A DNA stretch of 64,000 nt from Octopus sinensis. Taxonomy: Eukaryota. How positions within the stretch are numbered: the first letter of the stretch is position 1; the number at the start of each line of letters is the position of its first letter. The translations under genes were made by a program, and so were the position numbers. Location of the stretch: contig NW_021833116.1 of NCBI RefSeq assembly GCF_006345805.1, positions 124,001-188,000 of the forward strand, given 5' to 3'. Shown piece after piece: positions 12,497 through 26,876 of this stretch. The notes under the pieces were generated by a model. That model was not told the DNA's origin. It worked only from the letters and a program-made list of their open reading frames with translations, and did no database searches.

Positions 12497-14317
12497 TTAG
12501 TAGTCAATATAATCAGTCGACTTGTTATTTACGACTTTAATCTGATTGAAACACTCTGCTTTACCACCTCCATAAAATTTAAGAAAATCCCATTTTTGAT
12601 TCTTATTTTTGAGCAACCAGCCACTCCCCCAAGACACGAGAACAGTCACCAACAACCCCACAACCATCGAAATAGTCTTATAAGGGACAGTCGGATACAC
12701 GTGATGAGAACTAAAATAATTGGCCATGTCCTTCTCCAACACCAATCGACACACGAGTGCACAAACAAACCCACTCAACACTCCATACGAGTTGACAAAG
12801 CGAGTATACACCATCAAACACATCTGGGGAAACACAGCAGAATGTACACAAAGTCAGAACACAGCCCAAAGAGTGTGTAGACTGACTTATTCATGACAGA
12901 CACGACCGAGATGGCCACCCCGATGACCACTGTGCTCACACTCTGCACTAACAAATACTCCTTTCCCGATATCTGGAGTCACCCACCTCAATACCTCGTG
13001 TCTGAATACGTCCAGGTATATGTTCTGTGTCAGGAGGGAGGCTGCGGCCAACACGGATGAGGACACTGAGGACACTGTGGCTGCCACCACGGCTCCGATT
13101 CCGAAGAACTTCACGGCCGGGGGAGTCAGGTAGGCTATCGTGAGGGGGAGGACGTCTGAGTAGAGGTAGGGGACACACTGAGGGGTTCCTTCACTGGAAT
13201 TGAAGGTTATGTTCAATGACCGCCAATCTTGGGGTCAAATCTTGGATTTACCCGCTTTTTTGGCTGCAATGCCTACAAAGACCACGGGGATTGAGAGAAG
13301 GACACAGAAAACTGCCGAGACAGCGGAGACATAACAAGCGACCTTCGGAGATCTGCTCGAAAGGATCCTTTGGAACAGGGCCTATATAATCTCCAATACT
13401 CCACCTGCCAAGGGACTCCACCAAATATGTATGTGATGTACAAATCGACAAACATCACTGTGTCTGCCCTCCTGACTGTCCCTATATAGTCAATTTGTTG
13501 ATTCTCGTGGGAGGGAAATACATTTTCATTGTAAAAGGCGAATGGAGCCACAAGGGTCTACGATACCCACATCAACCGATAATTAAAATAGTTTATTATA
13601 TATTAATATACAATAGAAATATAGTAAATAATATATAAATATTTTACCAGACCAAAAATCATGATTATTAACTGCATCACATCAGTGTAGGCGACCGCGT
13701 AGATGCCTCCAAAAATAGTATAAAAAACAGTCGAAAATGCAGCAATCACCACAGAAACCACTTGGTTCATCCCAGTGATAATTTTTAGTGACGATGCTGT
13801 ATTCCTGGGGTCAAAAACAATCAACCGAGGACAAGGAGGACCGCCGAACTCCACAGTAACTCGCCCAACAAAGCTGGCAGAGTCAGAAGAGCACTTATTC
13901 TCCCTCCATAGAGTAGTTTGAAAGGCTCCATGATCGTCAAAAATTTTTTTTCTCTGTATTTCTTGGCGAAGAATAAACTGGCTGTTTTTATTAAAGCTGT
14001 CTGTTTTTAACCAATTAGAAGACTTGTGGCATAGCCGATGGGTGCCTGTACCCAGACGAGTCCTCGGTCACTTCGGAATATTTGCTCGGCCGTCCCACTG
14101 AGGTAGGCACCTCCCACCCAGGTTGCTAATGTGAGGAAAGAGACATGCCTGTCATTGTAAATGTCCCGACGAAGAATCCAATGTCTCTTCCTCCGACAAT
14201 CGAATTTGTGGGTGAGTGGTCAGTCTTGTTTCGTTTTTTGAGAGAAATGGTCAATCCATATCCAAATATTCCCAAAAAGAAAATAGCCGCAGCCGATATC
14301 CCCAACGAGTCCAACAT
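12497..14317 (-). CDS. SLC5A7: High-affinity choline transporter CHT1 (SLC5 family)
   Basis: [31 protein letters not shown] (after a GC-AG intron), [22 protein letters not shown] and [22 protein letters not shown]. Confidence 0.9.
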
Positions 14318-14439
14318 TTGATACAACACGTTTTAACTAATTGGGGGCAGATTTTATTTGACCCACTTATTGTTTTCTTAAAAATATTCTTTAAACCAAT
14401 TATTAGTGATTTTTAAAAATCTACAAAAAATATCTAAAA

Positions 14440-16030
14440 AGTATGATCATACCAGCTTCATTATATTGTTCAATTGCAAAAAACTGACAATCCAAATAAT
14501 TCTGAATAATTCCACTATCATTCCGTATATTCCTGAATTTGTTCTTTCATTATTTAAATGTTTTTAATTCAATATGAAAAGTTGCAGTTGACTTGTATGT
14601 AATCCATGTCGAAAAAATGTATTTGTTGTCTGCACTGGAAATGTACATTAAAAAATATTTCTAAAAATCATTTCTAGGCATACAAATAAGAAATTATCTG
14701 TCTAATATAGCCTGTATTTGTTTTAGATTCACAAACAGATTAAATATTTTCTAATAATGATCCAATAGACAGTCATAGTTTAACAGACAGTGATGCTTTA
14801 ATCTAAATAATAATTTCCAGAGAATAAAAACTATTATATTGAAAATCTGTAGGGTTCCGTAGAAACAATACAACCTGGTCTTGTTTTAAATAAGATTGTA
14901 GAATTAATACTTTTATTCGAAAGGGTATATGCATTAAACATTTAGTATTCAACGAATGTTCCAAAGTATCCCTACCATTGGGTATTCGTTTAATTTATCT
15001 ATGGAGTTTTGAAAAGCACACGTTCATTAAGTCCATACGTCAGTCGAATTAGAACGAACAGATAATAAGCTACGTCCCTTGAAAAGGTAGGTGCTGAATA
15101 CCTTCTCATAAATCAATAATTGATTTAATTTTTATGAATTTATCTGGAGAAGACAAGTAAGCGAGTTGAACAACGCATTTTAACGAACTGCTGGATATCA
15201 TATACCTTTTGTCCACTTTGAATAAAAAATTCGATTCGATACGACACTTGTAAATCAACGAAGAGATTCTATAATTGCAGACAATAAACTTAACACTCCT
15301 CAGTGAGAACAAATAGTGGGTAGAAGATTATGAGAGTAAATTTGGGTAATTAGTTTGGTAAAGAAAATTCAATTAATTAAGTATTTTACTTTAATTCTGT
15401 ATACATTATTAATATTTGATGTAAAACCTAAGAATTAAAGTAACTTGATTGTAGGAATTCTCATTACTCAAACCTGACTGCCTCAATTATATGGTCAAAT
15501 TCGTGCATTCTAAAAAGCGCTTACAAAAAATATTTTCCTATTAATCAATTGATTCTCACAGTCCACAGAAGTAGTCGTTATTTAACAAATTTGAGTTAGA
15601 AATTATTTTTATCAAAGAAAAATCACTAAAGTCAACCCTCTACTCCAAAATAAGAAGCAATAGATGGGGTCACATCCTAAGAATGGACAGGAAAACTCCT
15701 GCAAATCTCGCAATGGAACACCACTACGCCCCCCACCCGGGAACAAACTTCCGAGGAAGACCACGAATCACTCTACCAACCCTCCTGCACCAGGACCTAA
15801 CTTTGATTGGAAAAAGGCAGAAATCAGCAGACGATCTGAGCACTTGAGAGAACTATCGAGGAACAGTGGGACTTGGAAGCGATTAACAAAACGCATCCAG
15901 GATAGGATAGCACAAGCGAGATGACTTTACTAACGTTATTTTGCGGTGTGCTTATTAATAATAATAATCTACTCCAAAATGACGGCTTTCTACCCAAAAG
16001 GTAAAACCCAGTTTTTTGAACCCTCATCTA
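14440..16030 (-). CDS. Putative TAF1B/Rrn7-like RNA polymerase I initiation factor (AT-rich, many tiny introns; boundaries uncertain)
   Basis: Fragments CAILSWMRFVNRFQVP and DVAYYLFVLIRLTYGLNE loosely resemble TAF1B (AITLSDLLRFVEEDHIP; VVVLKLLFLLDD); regular GT..AG micro-introns present. Confidence 0.3.
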
Positions 16031-16187
16031 TCTCCTTCTTTATCAGATTTAATCATATTTTCAATCCCCGGTTAGAAAATAGGAGAAATTTACAATTCTT
16101 TTCATAAAAGTACTAAAAGATCGTTAACTCCTCTAGCCGCCGCCTTCCCGAATGTTGGGCAGTCCGGGGCTACTAACTAACTAATTC

Positions 16188-16548
16188 ATAGACAATCTTT
16201 TGAACAACTATTCAACATATGAAATAGTAGATTGGGACTCAACCATCGACAATTATTTCGACAAATCATCCACAACGGAAAGTTCGCTCCTTGACCGTAA
16301 GAATTTTATATAAAAGTAAGTGATGATCAAAATGAAAAGAAAGGTGTAAAAAGACGGCACTTTTTCACTCCAGAACAACGTGCTGTACTAGCTAAACGCT
16401 TCTGACAATGTAAGTTCATAATCCTGAAAGAACGAAAAAAGCAAGAGAAAGAATTGGGAATTCCCCATCAGGCGGTTAAAATTCTATATTTTTTATAATT
16501 CAGATCAAATTCGTTTTCAAATCTCCCAAGCCAAAGGAAGGCGATAAA
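16188..16548 (+). pseudogene. Degenerate homeobox gene
   Basis: KRRHFFTPEQRAVLAKRF*QCKFIILKERKKQEKELGIPHQ | intron | IRFQISQAKGRR*; in-frame TGA at 16403-16405, a 1-nt deletion, and the WFQN motif mutated. Confidence 0.6.
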
Positions 16549-16800
16549 GTCAATAGAATTCCTGTAGTTTAGACACGTGTCTTGTATTCTTTGTAATTAA
16601 CTTTTTCAGCTTATTAAAAATATTTTGGAACGTGGTGATAATTAATGAATTGCTTTTTGCTTTACGTACCCCTTGACATCTAAACAATTTATCGATTTTT
16701 AAAAATTAAGGTGGAAAATTGTTTAATTAAGGAGATGGATGACATTATTTATCAACGTTGGTTATCAATCAATTTTTCGCTTACTCCCTGCTAAATCTTA

Positions 16801-16824
16801 GGTACCCCAGTTTGAGAACCACTG
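16801..16824 (-). mobile_element. Solitary hAT (Buster-type) terminal inverted repeat
   Basis: Reverse complement reads CAGTGGTTCTCAAACTGGGGTACC; the flank CAGTAACT fits the nnnTAnnn target; no partner TIR found. Confidence 0.45.
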
Positions 16825-16869
16825 CAGTAACTAAGTCCTCTTGGTCCAAAAAAGAGTGAACACAAAATA

Positions 16870-18032
16870 TCAAAATACACGTGAGTAGAGATAAGGTGTC
16901 CCATTCATCTTGGAGTGCACATCCACCCCACTCTTGATACATGAATCCATACACAGTATCCATTTCCCCCCATTCTCCACAGCAGTGACATAATGTCCGT
17001 GACGAGCACTCACTCCCTGGTGGTACTGGACTGCACTCAGACGGAAGACAGTCCCCTCTATACTCATCTCGACATCAAAGTCCACTGCATTCCCCGACTT
17101 GACAGTCACCCCCGACAAACACTGAGCAAACATCAACTGAATGAGGAGAGTATTCGACATGGAGTGCATCGACGACGAAAACCGAGCATGTCCCTTCCCC
17201 TCGGATGTCTGCTCTGTAAAGAACTCTCGGAGGCAAGTCTGCAGGTTAATCCTCCCTCCTTTCTAGTCAATCAGCCAAGTACTCTACTGTGATGGGCAGT
17301 TGGAGAATAAACACTTTTTGCACTTCCAGACTTCTCAGGTCATTGTACTTTTTCACTCCGAATGTCAGTTGGCACCCAAAAAGATCCGAAATCACCGAAT
17401 TTGAATTCCCCGACTGGAAATTTCACCCAAAAAACACATTTTTGATTTTTATTCCCTTTTTCTTAGTAGCGACCGACCAGCCGTCGTCCTCCGTCTGCAA
17501 ACACCCCATCAGGGAGACGACCTCCTCGTCCATTCGACTGAGCAGTTTGTACACAAATTCCCCCACGTCATGTTGGCCCTGTCTATTACTGACCACACTC
17601 ACTCCTGGTTGGCAGTCCATCACCAACTCTATCAGCAACTTCTTTGACTTTGTGGGGATCCACTGACTGACTTTTGTGTTGAAAAGGGCAAGCAGGGCAG
17701 TAGAACTGGGCATGAGAGGGGGACATACAAGAATGAGAGGATGGGCAGTTGAGCAATGTCCTTGTGCTGGGAGATTCCGTACAAAAAGTCGAGGAAACGC
17801 TTGTTTGAGAAAAGTGCGTATATTGACTGGAATGGGATATAAATTGTTACAGAGTTGATGAAACATTCATTACTCGAGTTTCCTAAAGGTCGCAAGTCGA
17901 ACGGAGGACATTCCGTTAAACCTTCTTTGTAGGAAAACAGGTAGTCTATATTGATTAGACCACCTTACCTCTCACAGAACAGGAGATTTTTAAATCTTGT
18001 TTGTTTTTATTGGATAGTTTGACTGTGTTCAT
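16870..18032 (-). CDS. Ubiquitin-specific protease, USP10/Ubp3-like, catalytic domain only
   Basis: Cys box LRPLGNSSNECFINS, QHDVGEF box, W.VA motif in an acidic insert, and His box YHQGVSARHGHYV; ATG 18032 is in frame after one intron. Confidence 0.75.
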
Positions 18033-18099
18033 TGAAGGAATAGACAATTAAATACACTTTATAACGTGTAACGACTATACCTAATATATGTACATTTTA

Positions 18100-19749
18100 T
18101 TTATCAATTAATAATAATTGATCATTAAAAATGTTTATATTGTAACTAGAACAAATATTATTCACCTGAAGTTTTAGATAGACGTATAAACAATGTTTCT
18201 ATAAGAAATATTTTGAATAAACTGAAAAAAGATTTCGTAATTTTGCACGTTCTTTGTCCATAGAGTCACTGCTAGTAACCCAATGACCAGTTTATAACTA
18301 ACAAAAGACTAAAAATACTAAATGGTTATGTTTCACCTGATAACAAACCACTTGGTTGACTTTATCTATAAAAACAGACTATTATCGAATATGGATTTAC
18401 AATTTTCGATTTCTTTATCTGTTTGAGAAATGCCGCCATCAAGAGCCACCTGTGATACAAGGTCGATTTATAGTTTACAATTTTGATATATCTGATTATA
18501 TTTGTCGATGGCTTTTTTAAAAATGAATTTCTAAAGTGTTTTCTATAACAGTTTTTCGAGCACCAAATCGAAATTGTTATTTCTATGTGTGAAATCGATA
18601 CAAAGTATATATACTTCAAATCGATAGCAAGTTTCAAGATGGAACAAGATTTATGTAAACTAAAAAACTCCAACTTTTATTTGACTTTTTCATCTCCGAA
18701 TATAAATGAACTGGGAACTGAGCAAAACACAGTTTTTGCCAGATCGTGTTTTGTGAAAAACAAATTAAAATATTTTGAATTTGTCAGTAAAGAACGAATT
18801 CCCAAACGTCAAACTCTGCCTATAAATATGGAAATATGTTAGTTTTTATTACATTTCCACATTAGTGAAGTCAGTCAACGTGACTGTCCCCACTGAGTGT
18901 TTTGTTGACCATAGGCTTTGCAAGTGTCGACAGGAACGGATGAATCTTTTTAAAATGTTATACTAACTTTCTTACACTTGCCATATCCTCATTTTATGGT
19001 TTTTATTCTTATATAGTCAAACAAAATAATCAATATTCGCACTATTTATAAATTTCTGTCTTTGAATCATTTTGAGAAAGTATATTTCTATTTAGACGGA
19101 AATTTTATACATGTGCTAGCCCGATTAGTGTTGTGAGATTAGAATTATTTGTTCAAAATTTAATTACTCGACTGCCGAACAAATTAGTAATTCATGTGTA
19201 CTGCGAGGATGATTTGGGGGAACTTATTTATCTTTTTTCATGTTTGTTTATTTTAACATTAATTTATGTGAAATTCAATAAGTAAAATGATACGTACACT
19301 CTTCTGTTACTTATTGAGCTGATTATATGAATTATTCCTACTAAAAATTTATGTACTATTTTAGAATACTTCAATTACTTAATTTTGATTATTGCCGTCT
19401 CAAAAACGAATTATTGCATCTAATTATTATTTCATAACCTTTTTGTACAGATTCACACATTTTATGCACACAAATCTGTTCACAATATTCCTTGAGGAAT
19501 TCAATATTATCAGGAACTGAAAAGTACAACTTGAACTTGCTGTTTACTTTGAGGTTCCTACGCAATCATTTCTGTTCCAATTCACTTTGAAATTGCCTTC
19601 GATTAAATCAAGCCGTAAAAACTGACCACGAAGCTCTTATTTCCAACTGAGCTGTAATCAAAATGTAGTCTGATTTCCACAAAGTCAATTGACCGCAGGA
19701 AAGTGGGAGAATTCTTCATAGCACATTCAATCGCCATATCTGCGTACAT
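18100..19749 (-). CDS. Putative BAR(-PH) domain protein, ACAP/APPL-like (exon structure unresolved)
   Basis: N-terminal IECAMKNSPTFLR resembles FEECLKDSPRFR; the downstream NIEFLKEYCEQI..KMC...NNSF resembles ACAP BAR helix 1; micro-introns present. Confidence 0.4.
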
Positions 19750-19789
19750 TTCTGATATAAAATGAGTATTATTGGGAAGCGCAATCATA

Positions 19790-20439
<650 letters not shown>

Positions 20440-20987
20440 TAACTTTATTAACATGTTGTCTTAATTAACGACTAATTTGAGTGTTTATTGAGTGGCGGAT
20501 TGAAAGGTTTTTGCGTGTGCTGTCATTCCCATTCAATCAAGTAATTTCGGGTTTATTTCTGGTCGATTTATTGGTCAGATATTTATTAAATCAAGCAGAA
20601 TGAACTTATAATGAGTATTCGGATACTCAATCTTGTCGTTTAAATTGTTTTTCTTATCGAACATGATATATTTAAGCTGATTTGAGCGATATTTTATATA
20701 TTTTGATTGCAATTATCAAACGCCGATACATATTAGAATAACTATTATTATTTTCATTGCACAAAAACATTCATTCGGTTATCAAAACAGTAATTCCTTC
20801 ACTACACTTAAAGTGTCTAATCCGGTCAAAATTAAGTCAAAAGTAAATCTTAAGAAATTTGACGTCATCAAAATACGAGGGTGGCATAAATATTATTGAA
20901 TATCGTCCCCACTATAATATTGTATTATTAAAAATATAAATTTAATAACAAATCAATATTAAATTACAATTAATTCAAATTGTGTCA

Positions 20988-22620
20988 ATGTGTGAGGAAT
21001 ACGTACCTCCCCTGGAGGAAGTCGATATGGAATTCATCTTCAATCTATTGGACAGAATAGACAACCTCAAGTCCCAAATAGAACAAACAGAAGACCTAAA
21101 GAACAAAGCAGCCGAATACGGTCTCCAACTCCTACACGACAACAAACTGCTCTCCCAAAAGTCATCCCAACTAGAACTCCTCCTCCAACAAAAGGAGAAC
21201 GAATTGGACTGCATAAAGCAAATAATGGCCGACATAACCTCCTCCTTCCACACCCCCTCCTCTCCCAACGAGGCTGAGAGTCTCTCCCTCCTCGTCCAAA
21301 GCCTCAATTCCCAAGTGGACACCCTCAAGGCCTCCCTGGAACAGTCAGGCCAACAATCCTCCCTTCAGAGACAGGAGTACCTCGAACTCAGCCACTTGGT
21401 GTGCTCAGAGTGGCCTAATCTGTCTAGAATGACCTCATTTCACTGGAGAATGCCAATTTGAAGGGAGAGTTGGAGAAAAGTCGAGCAAACGAGGCACAGA
21501 CCATGAAAATGAGTTCAGTACTCGAGCAGGAAAATGTCCAAAGGCTTTTGGAGATAGCCAAGCTGAAGAATGAGTTGATAGAAGTCGAGTCCCTGAGGAT
21601 GAAGGTCGCCTCCCTCACTGAGTCGGAGAGGAGCCTTCTTCGACAAATTGAAGACCTCGAAAACAGAATTGAGGCCAACTCGTTTGATCAATCTGATAAT
21701 TTTAAACCACATTTTGACATATCAGATAATATTTTTAATGGGCAGAGAAATGACCAAAATGAGAACTTGTTATTGGAGGGAGATTTATGTGAGCCAAATC
21801 CTCTGTTTTTGGAGGATAAACATGTTAATATCGAATGGGAGGTCTCAGATTCGTTGACTTGTGTTTGATTGTGTGATTAATGTCCAGGCATTGCAGGAGA
21901 ATGACAAATTGGCTGCGATTTTGGCTCAAAGTCAGTCCACCACGTCAATGTTACAAGAGCGGGAAAAAATTGGCAAAAAAAAGATTTTTGAACTTGAAAC
22001 GCAATTAATGAATTTTCAATTAAAGGTAAAACCAATTAATTAACTAATTAGTCCGCCAGTCAAGAAGAGGACTTTTATCTGAGAGTACTTTTGGATAAAA
22101 AATGTAGATCCACGCCAAATTGCTAAAAATGTTGCCAAAAGTGGAGAAATCAGCGTCCAAGCCAATGGCAGAGGACATATTCGAATTGTTGGAAGAATTG
22201 GCGACGGTCTGTTCGGGGAATGTGGAGGAAGAGCTCATGAAGACCATCCGTAAGAAGAACGAGCACATTTGTACTCTCAAACACCTCCTGGACGCGAATA
22301 CAGCAACGTCGGATAGAATAATGCGACAAACAGTGAGATCGTTCAACGAGGAGAGGACAGTGTTGAACAGCACAATCAGTGTCCAAAGGGATGATTTGAA
22401 GACTGTCACACGAGAAAGGGACATGTTGGGGTCACTTCAGTCTGAATTGGCTTATCGATGTGCTCTGGCGGATGCTGAGATTAGGAGGCTGAAGGGGGAT
22501 TTGAGTGAGTCTGAGCGAGGGAAGGAGACCATTCGGGACATTCTCGTGACTCTTTTGGGACATAAAGTGAAGTTGGCTAAACGGTTGAGTCGATTGGGGT
22601 TTCCTGCAGAGTTATGTTGA
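20988..22620 (+). CDS. BICD: Bicaudal-D dynein adaptor (compact)
   Basis: AAEYGLQLL CC1 motif; C-terminal KNEHICTLKHLLDAN...SLQSELAYRC...ERGKETIRDIL...HKVKLAKRL matches BICD CC3. Confidence 0.88.
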
Positions 22621-22959
22621 CTGCTGTCTGTTTTAGTGAGAATTGCTGAGTTGTGTATGCATATTTGTTCTTTCTATTGAGTATTATTGTGACTTTCTAA
22701 TCATGAGTTTATTTGAATTTTCATACGTGTGGATAAATTATTACATTGACAAATATTGTTCTGAAAAGTACGGCTTTTATGCAAAGGTTGATAAGTAACT
22801 AAAATACGTGAAAATATTGATAACATTTTGTATAAGCCTGGGTGTTCTCCAGCAAAAAAATGTCAGTTTTTAAAACAAAAAACAAAATTTCATTTATTGC
22901 TTTACAATTCTCTTAATGTTCACAGCTATAATTATCATTAATTAATGTTTTTTTCTTTT

Positions 22960-23270
22960 AAATACACCTACTCCCCTGACCGGTCACGTCTGGACCTTCT
23001 TTTACTATTGTAGTAAGAAAGCACAGCTTTTCTCCCCTAGCGATAAAACTATTTGCTTCCTTCACAACATGTTGGTTGTCCACCTCCATACCATGTCTGT
23101 GTTCAGCCATTATTCATTCTTACATTTTTATTCAATTTCTTCATGTAGGATTTAAAGAATTTAATAATTATCTCATGTCAGTACGAGAAGGACTATCAAG
23201 ACTTTTGCCTTGTGAATCTGCAAATTCTTCAGCAAGTAAATGATAATTGTGGAATTTTTCTACTTTTATC
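22960..23270 (-). mobile_element. Decayed 3' fragment of an R4/Dong-like non-LTR retrotransposon
   Basis: VEKFHNYHLLAEEF and AEHRHGMEV match the REL motif and tail of the copy at 60.7 kb. Confidence 0.5.
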
Positions 23271-23629
23271 AAAAAAGAGAAAGAATCATTATAAATACAG
23301 TTAAACTAAGTTTTTATTTTTTTTATTTAACGACGTGATCCTTCAAATTGGAGTTTTGGTGATTTCTTCTGTCATTCCAGACTTTTCAAAAGGAATGTGT
23401 CGTTAATACTGGAGGGAATGACGAAACACTGCATGTTCCGTACCATACAAGAAAAAGGTCACAACGATATTGAAAAATGGCGATTTCATCTTTTTATTTA
23501 AGATAACAAATTCTTTAAATAACAGTCTCACCAGTTTCTGTTTTTTTAAGCACATTTTACAAATCTAAACAACAATGGAAAATCTGACATGATTGTACAG
23601 AAACAGAATAAATATCATTTAATTAACAA

Positions 23630-23790
23630 ACGCCTTAGACTCTGCGGGAATTTTAGCTCAACAGGAACCCCCTGGGCTTTTTCGTGAATATAGAAAGCAC
23701 ACAGATAGAGTTACGTACTTCCCTTTCCTGAAGGGTAAATGTCTAGCATGGGACTGTGTTTGTAGGGACACTTTCTACAATATGTCCTCG
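23630..23790 (+). mobile_element. Decayed CRE-like retrotransposon REL fragment
   Basis: SAGILAQQEPPGLF...YFPFLKGKCLAWD resembles the EP.GL..DG.RPDG.T..P...GK.L.WD motif. Confidence 0.55.
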
Positions 23791-23797
23791 ACCAGCC

Positions 23798-24244
23798 AAA
23801 ATTTATAAGATTTTGGGAGTACAAATCGTAGAAAATATTGTTTATTTGGATTATTTATTCTTAGCCTATTGTGGAAGGACTGTCGCTTAGAAGATTTCCT
23901 TCTATCAAGATAAATATGGGCGGGAGAATGTTTGAGTTGAACCCGGAAGACTACGTTATGCCCGTTGTTTCATTTATTTGTCAATTTGATAGATTCCGTC
24001 GGCTGAAATGTGTTTGATAGAGATTACTGGAATGGACTCACCGTTATGGATATTTGGGGACGTTTTCATCCGTCGTTATTACACTGTTTTTGATTTCGAA
24101 CATAATCGAGTGGGATTCGCCGAATTTCGGATTTTTGATTTTGGGGTGTTTTTTTTCATTAAAGTTCTCGATTTTTATTTATTTAATTATAAAGAGTTTG
24201 GTAGTGACAAAACAACCCATCTTTCATATTTCCAATAAGCTTTT
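23798..24244 (+). pseudogene. Partial duplicate (3' exons, introns and 3' UTR) of the cathepsin D-like gene
   Basis: Near-identical to 46597-47076; introns retained; the stop-codon region is deleted. Confidence 0.85.
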
Positions 24245-25264
24245 CAACAAATTACTTTTTTGCATTTTCAAAGTGTGTTGTCTACATTTGAAAAGAGATG
24301 CATATTGAGATTCACTTTTAAAATTGTGTGACATTTTTTGAAATGTATGGTCACTTTGTTCAGTTTCAAAACGACAGTCTTTCTTCCCAATCTTTTATCA
24401 AATATAAAAGGGGACGTAGAGGACTTTGCACAAGGAGACGCTTATCCATTAGCCAAATGTTGAGCCGATCCAAATTAGCTTAAAGTCTTTCAGATGTCTT
24501 CTAGATGTCCCGAAGTCTGTCAAGTTAAATACAAAATTTGTGTTGTTCCATACTTTATATAATCCAATAGAATGAAAACAAGCATGCAAAAACAAGTAAT
24601 ATTGAGCAATTGGTTTTTCAATGGAGAAGAACTGTGACAAATCCCGTGAAAAGTTCCTGCGAGAACGACTTAGTTCCACTCAGAATATCAACCTTTTAAA
24701 TATAATCGAGGAGCCTTCAATCTCCCTAATAAAACGTGCCAAAACTTAATAACCTCCCAAGCCCTGGGAGTTCAAGAACCGTCTTTCATAGAAAGCTCGT
24801 CCTAAGAACTAATAATTCCATTCAACCAGGAATATACCCTCAAACTGACCTTCCAGTGACCAATCATCCTTCGACAGTTCATCTCAGAGGACAGTAATAC
24901 CAGAAATGACTACTTTAAGGGGTAAACACGACTAGTCAAGTATTCAGAAAGACAGTCAGAAGTTGAAGAAATACAGCCCGAAGACATACAAATTGATTAT
25001 ATAAAGGAAAACACGTCTCGGACTGTAGGAGGGGACTTGACTGGGTCGGAGGTTGTGGTTGAGGAAAGTCGAGTTGAGGAATCAGGAAGTTCGAGATATT
25101 GTCCTACAAATGTCCTCTGGGTAGGTGTATTTCAAGTGAAATGCAGATCCAATTGAACAACTCTTTTTTACACTTTGGAGGACTGGGGAGTAGAGACACA
25201 TTAATGTTGATAAATTGTTGTTTTGACTGAAAATACATTTTGTTTAATACTTTTTTGTTTATAT

Positions 25265-26600
25265 TAGGGGTTCTCAACCCTTGATTTTTTTGACCCCCTA
25301 ATATTTAATCCACCTTTTAAAAAATTTTATATACAACAGACAATACTAAGTAATATTTGTATATCAAACAAAACTCAATGAAAAAACTCGATGTTAAGTT
25401 AGTATTTTTGCATAAATCTATAATAAATAACAATTAAATACCAATGGGACTCCTGTGACTGATGTTTTTTGACTGAAGATTCGATATCTGGGTCTATTTG
25501 TGTTATTTTTAAACAAATAAACACATCCAATCTGTTTTGTTCTTAATTTAAAATTCGATGTAGAATGCTAAATCAACATTCAACGCAGTATGATGTCTGA
25601 AAATAGAGTAGCAATTGTGCTATTTCGTTCCACAATTTTGGATAAGCCAAAAAATAACTAACGTTTGAGAATCATCATAATACATAGTTTTAATTCTGGA
25701 ATGAATTCTAAAGTAATTAATTCCTCTTGAATATTTTTTTCGACAAAAAAATTTAATCATCTAAGATGGAATTTCTAATTCAAGAATATCTTAGAATCTG
25801 ATAATCAAATCTTTTTCTATACTGAATAAATGTGCAAAAAGTTGTTAATATTTTCATTATCAAATGTTTGACAAATTGATTGGAATTCGGGAATGTTATA
25901 ATAATTTCTTTTTTCCAAGTTACATTTATATAACTTTATTTTTTCGACAAATATTTGAATAATTCTTTTACAATCAATTAACGTCACATACTTTCCTTAA
26001 AGTTCTATGTAAATTTCATTAAATTTTCCAAAAATCTACGTCAAATAAACATTTTTTTCTTTTTCGATACAATTAAATCTGCTAAATTTTTGTCACTTTC
26101 TTTGGACACAAAAAATGATATTGAATGGGTTGATGTAGAAGCATCGGAGAAAAATTGAAGCAATTGAATTCGAAGATATAAATGTCGACGATTTATTTGA
26201 TGAATTTGTTAATGTTAAATCTTTCTGGTCAACAGAAAATAAGGAATAGAAAACTAATCAGGATAATTGCAAATTAAATTGGATGCATGTTTGTAAATAT
26301 TTTAATGTGAAGAGTATTCAAATATTTTAATGTGAAGAGTAAACATCGCTGAGGTACCATTATCGATCGTTTCTGTCTGCATTTCTTTTCGAGACGTTGC
26401 AGTGCAGTAATCCTAACATTTCTTAATGATTTGAATAAAAAAACGCTTTACTCGATTAAAATTATTGTGAACTCGCAAGGCATCACGCTTGCTTTTTAAC
26501 ATCAAAAAAATCTAAATGGTTTTGATTTTTTTAATACTTTAAATCGTCGATTTATTTTTGTTGATTAAAATAAAATGATTTAAATCTAACAACCATGCTT
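25265..26600 (+). mobile_element. hAT-like transposon remnants
   Basis: TAGGGGTTCTCAACC TIR-like start; degraded transposase C-terminus (DDLFDEF..VK.FW) repeated at 50280-50510; a GATTTAAATC-type terminus near 26598. Confidence 0.5.
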
Positions 26601-26876
26601 GAGGTACTCCATTTGGTGAAAGCCTTGAGATCGATCATTTTTACAGACCCGTTTGAATTCATGAATGGCTTAAATTCAAATAATTAAATGCTAATAATAA
26701 TAAAAGCATGCGACCACAAAGACCACAAACAGTAAATATTAATTAAAAAAAATTACACTAGATTTTTCCCCGTATACTGAGTTACAAAAAGCTATGCAAT
26801 TATGATGAAGCTTTATTCTAAACGTTTCTAAAATATCTATTCAAACGTTTATGTAAATCAGTTGATAGGAAAAATG

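Noticed and set aside
16125-16185. Short GC-rich stretch followed by CTAA repeats as an ncRNA or telomeric seed
   Set aside because: No tRNA/snRNA boxes or convincing fold, and only three repeat units
16403-16405. In-frame TGA in the homeobox as selenocysteine or an alternative genetic code
   Set aside because: It co-occurs with a frameshift and loss of the invariant Trp; TGA terminates other genes here (NDUFAF5, BICD, ACTR6)
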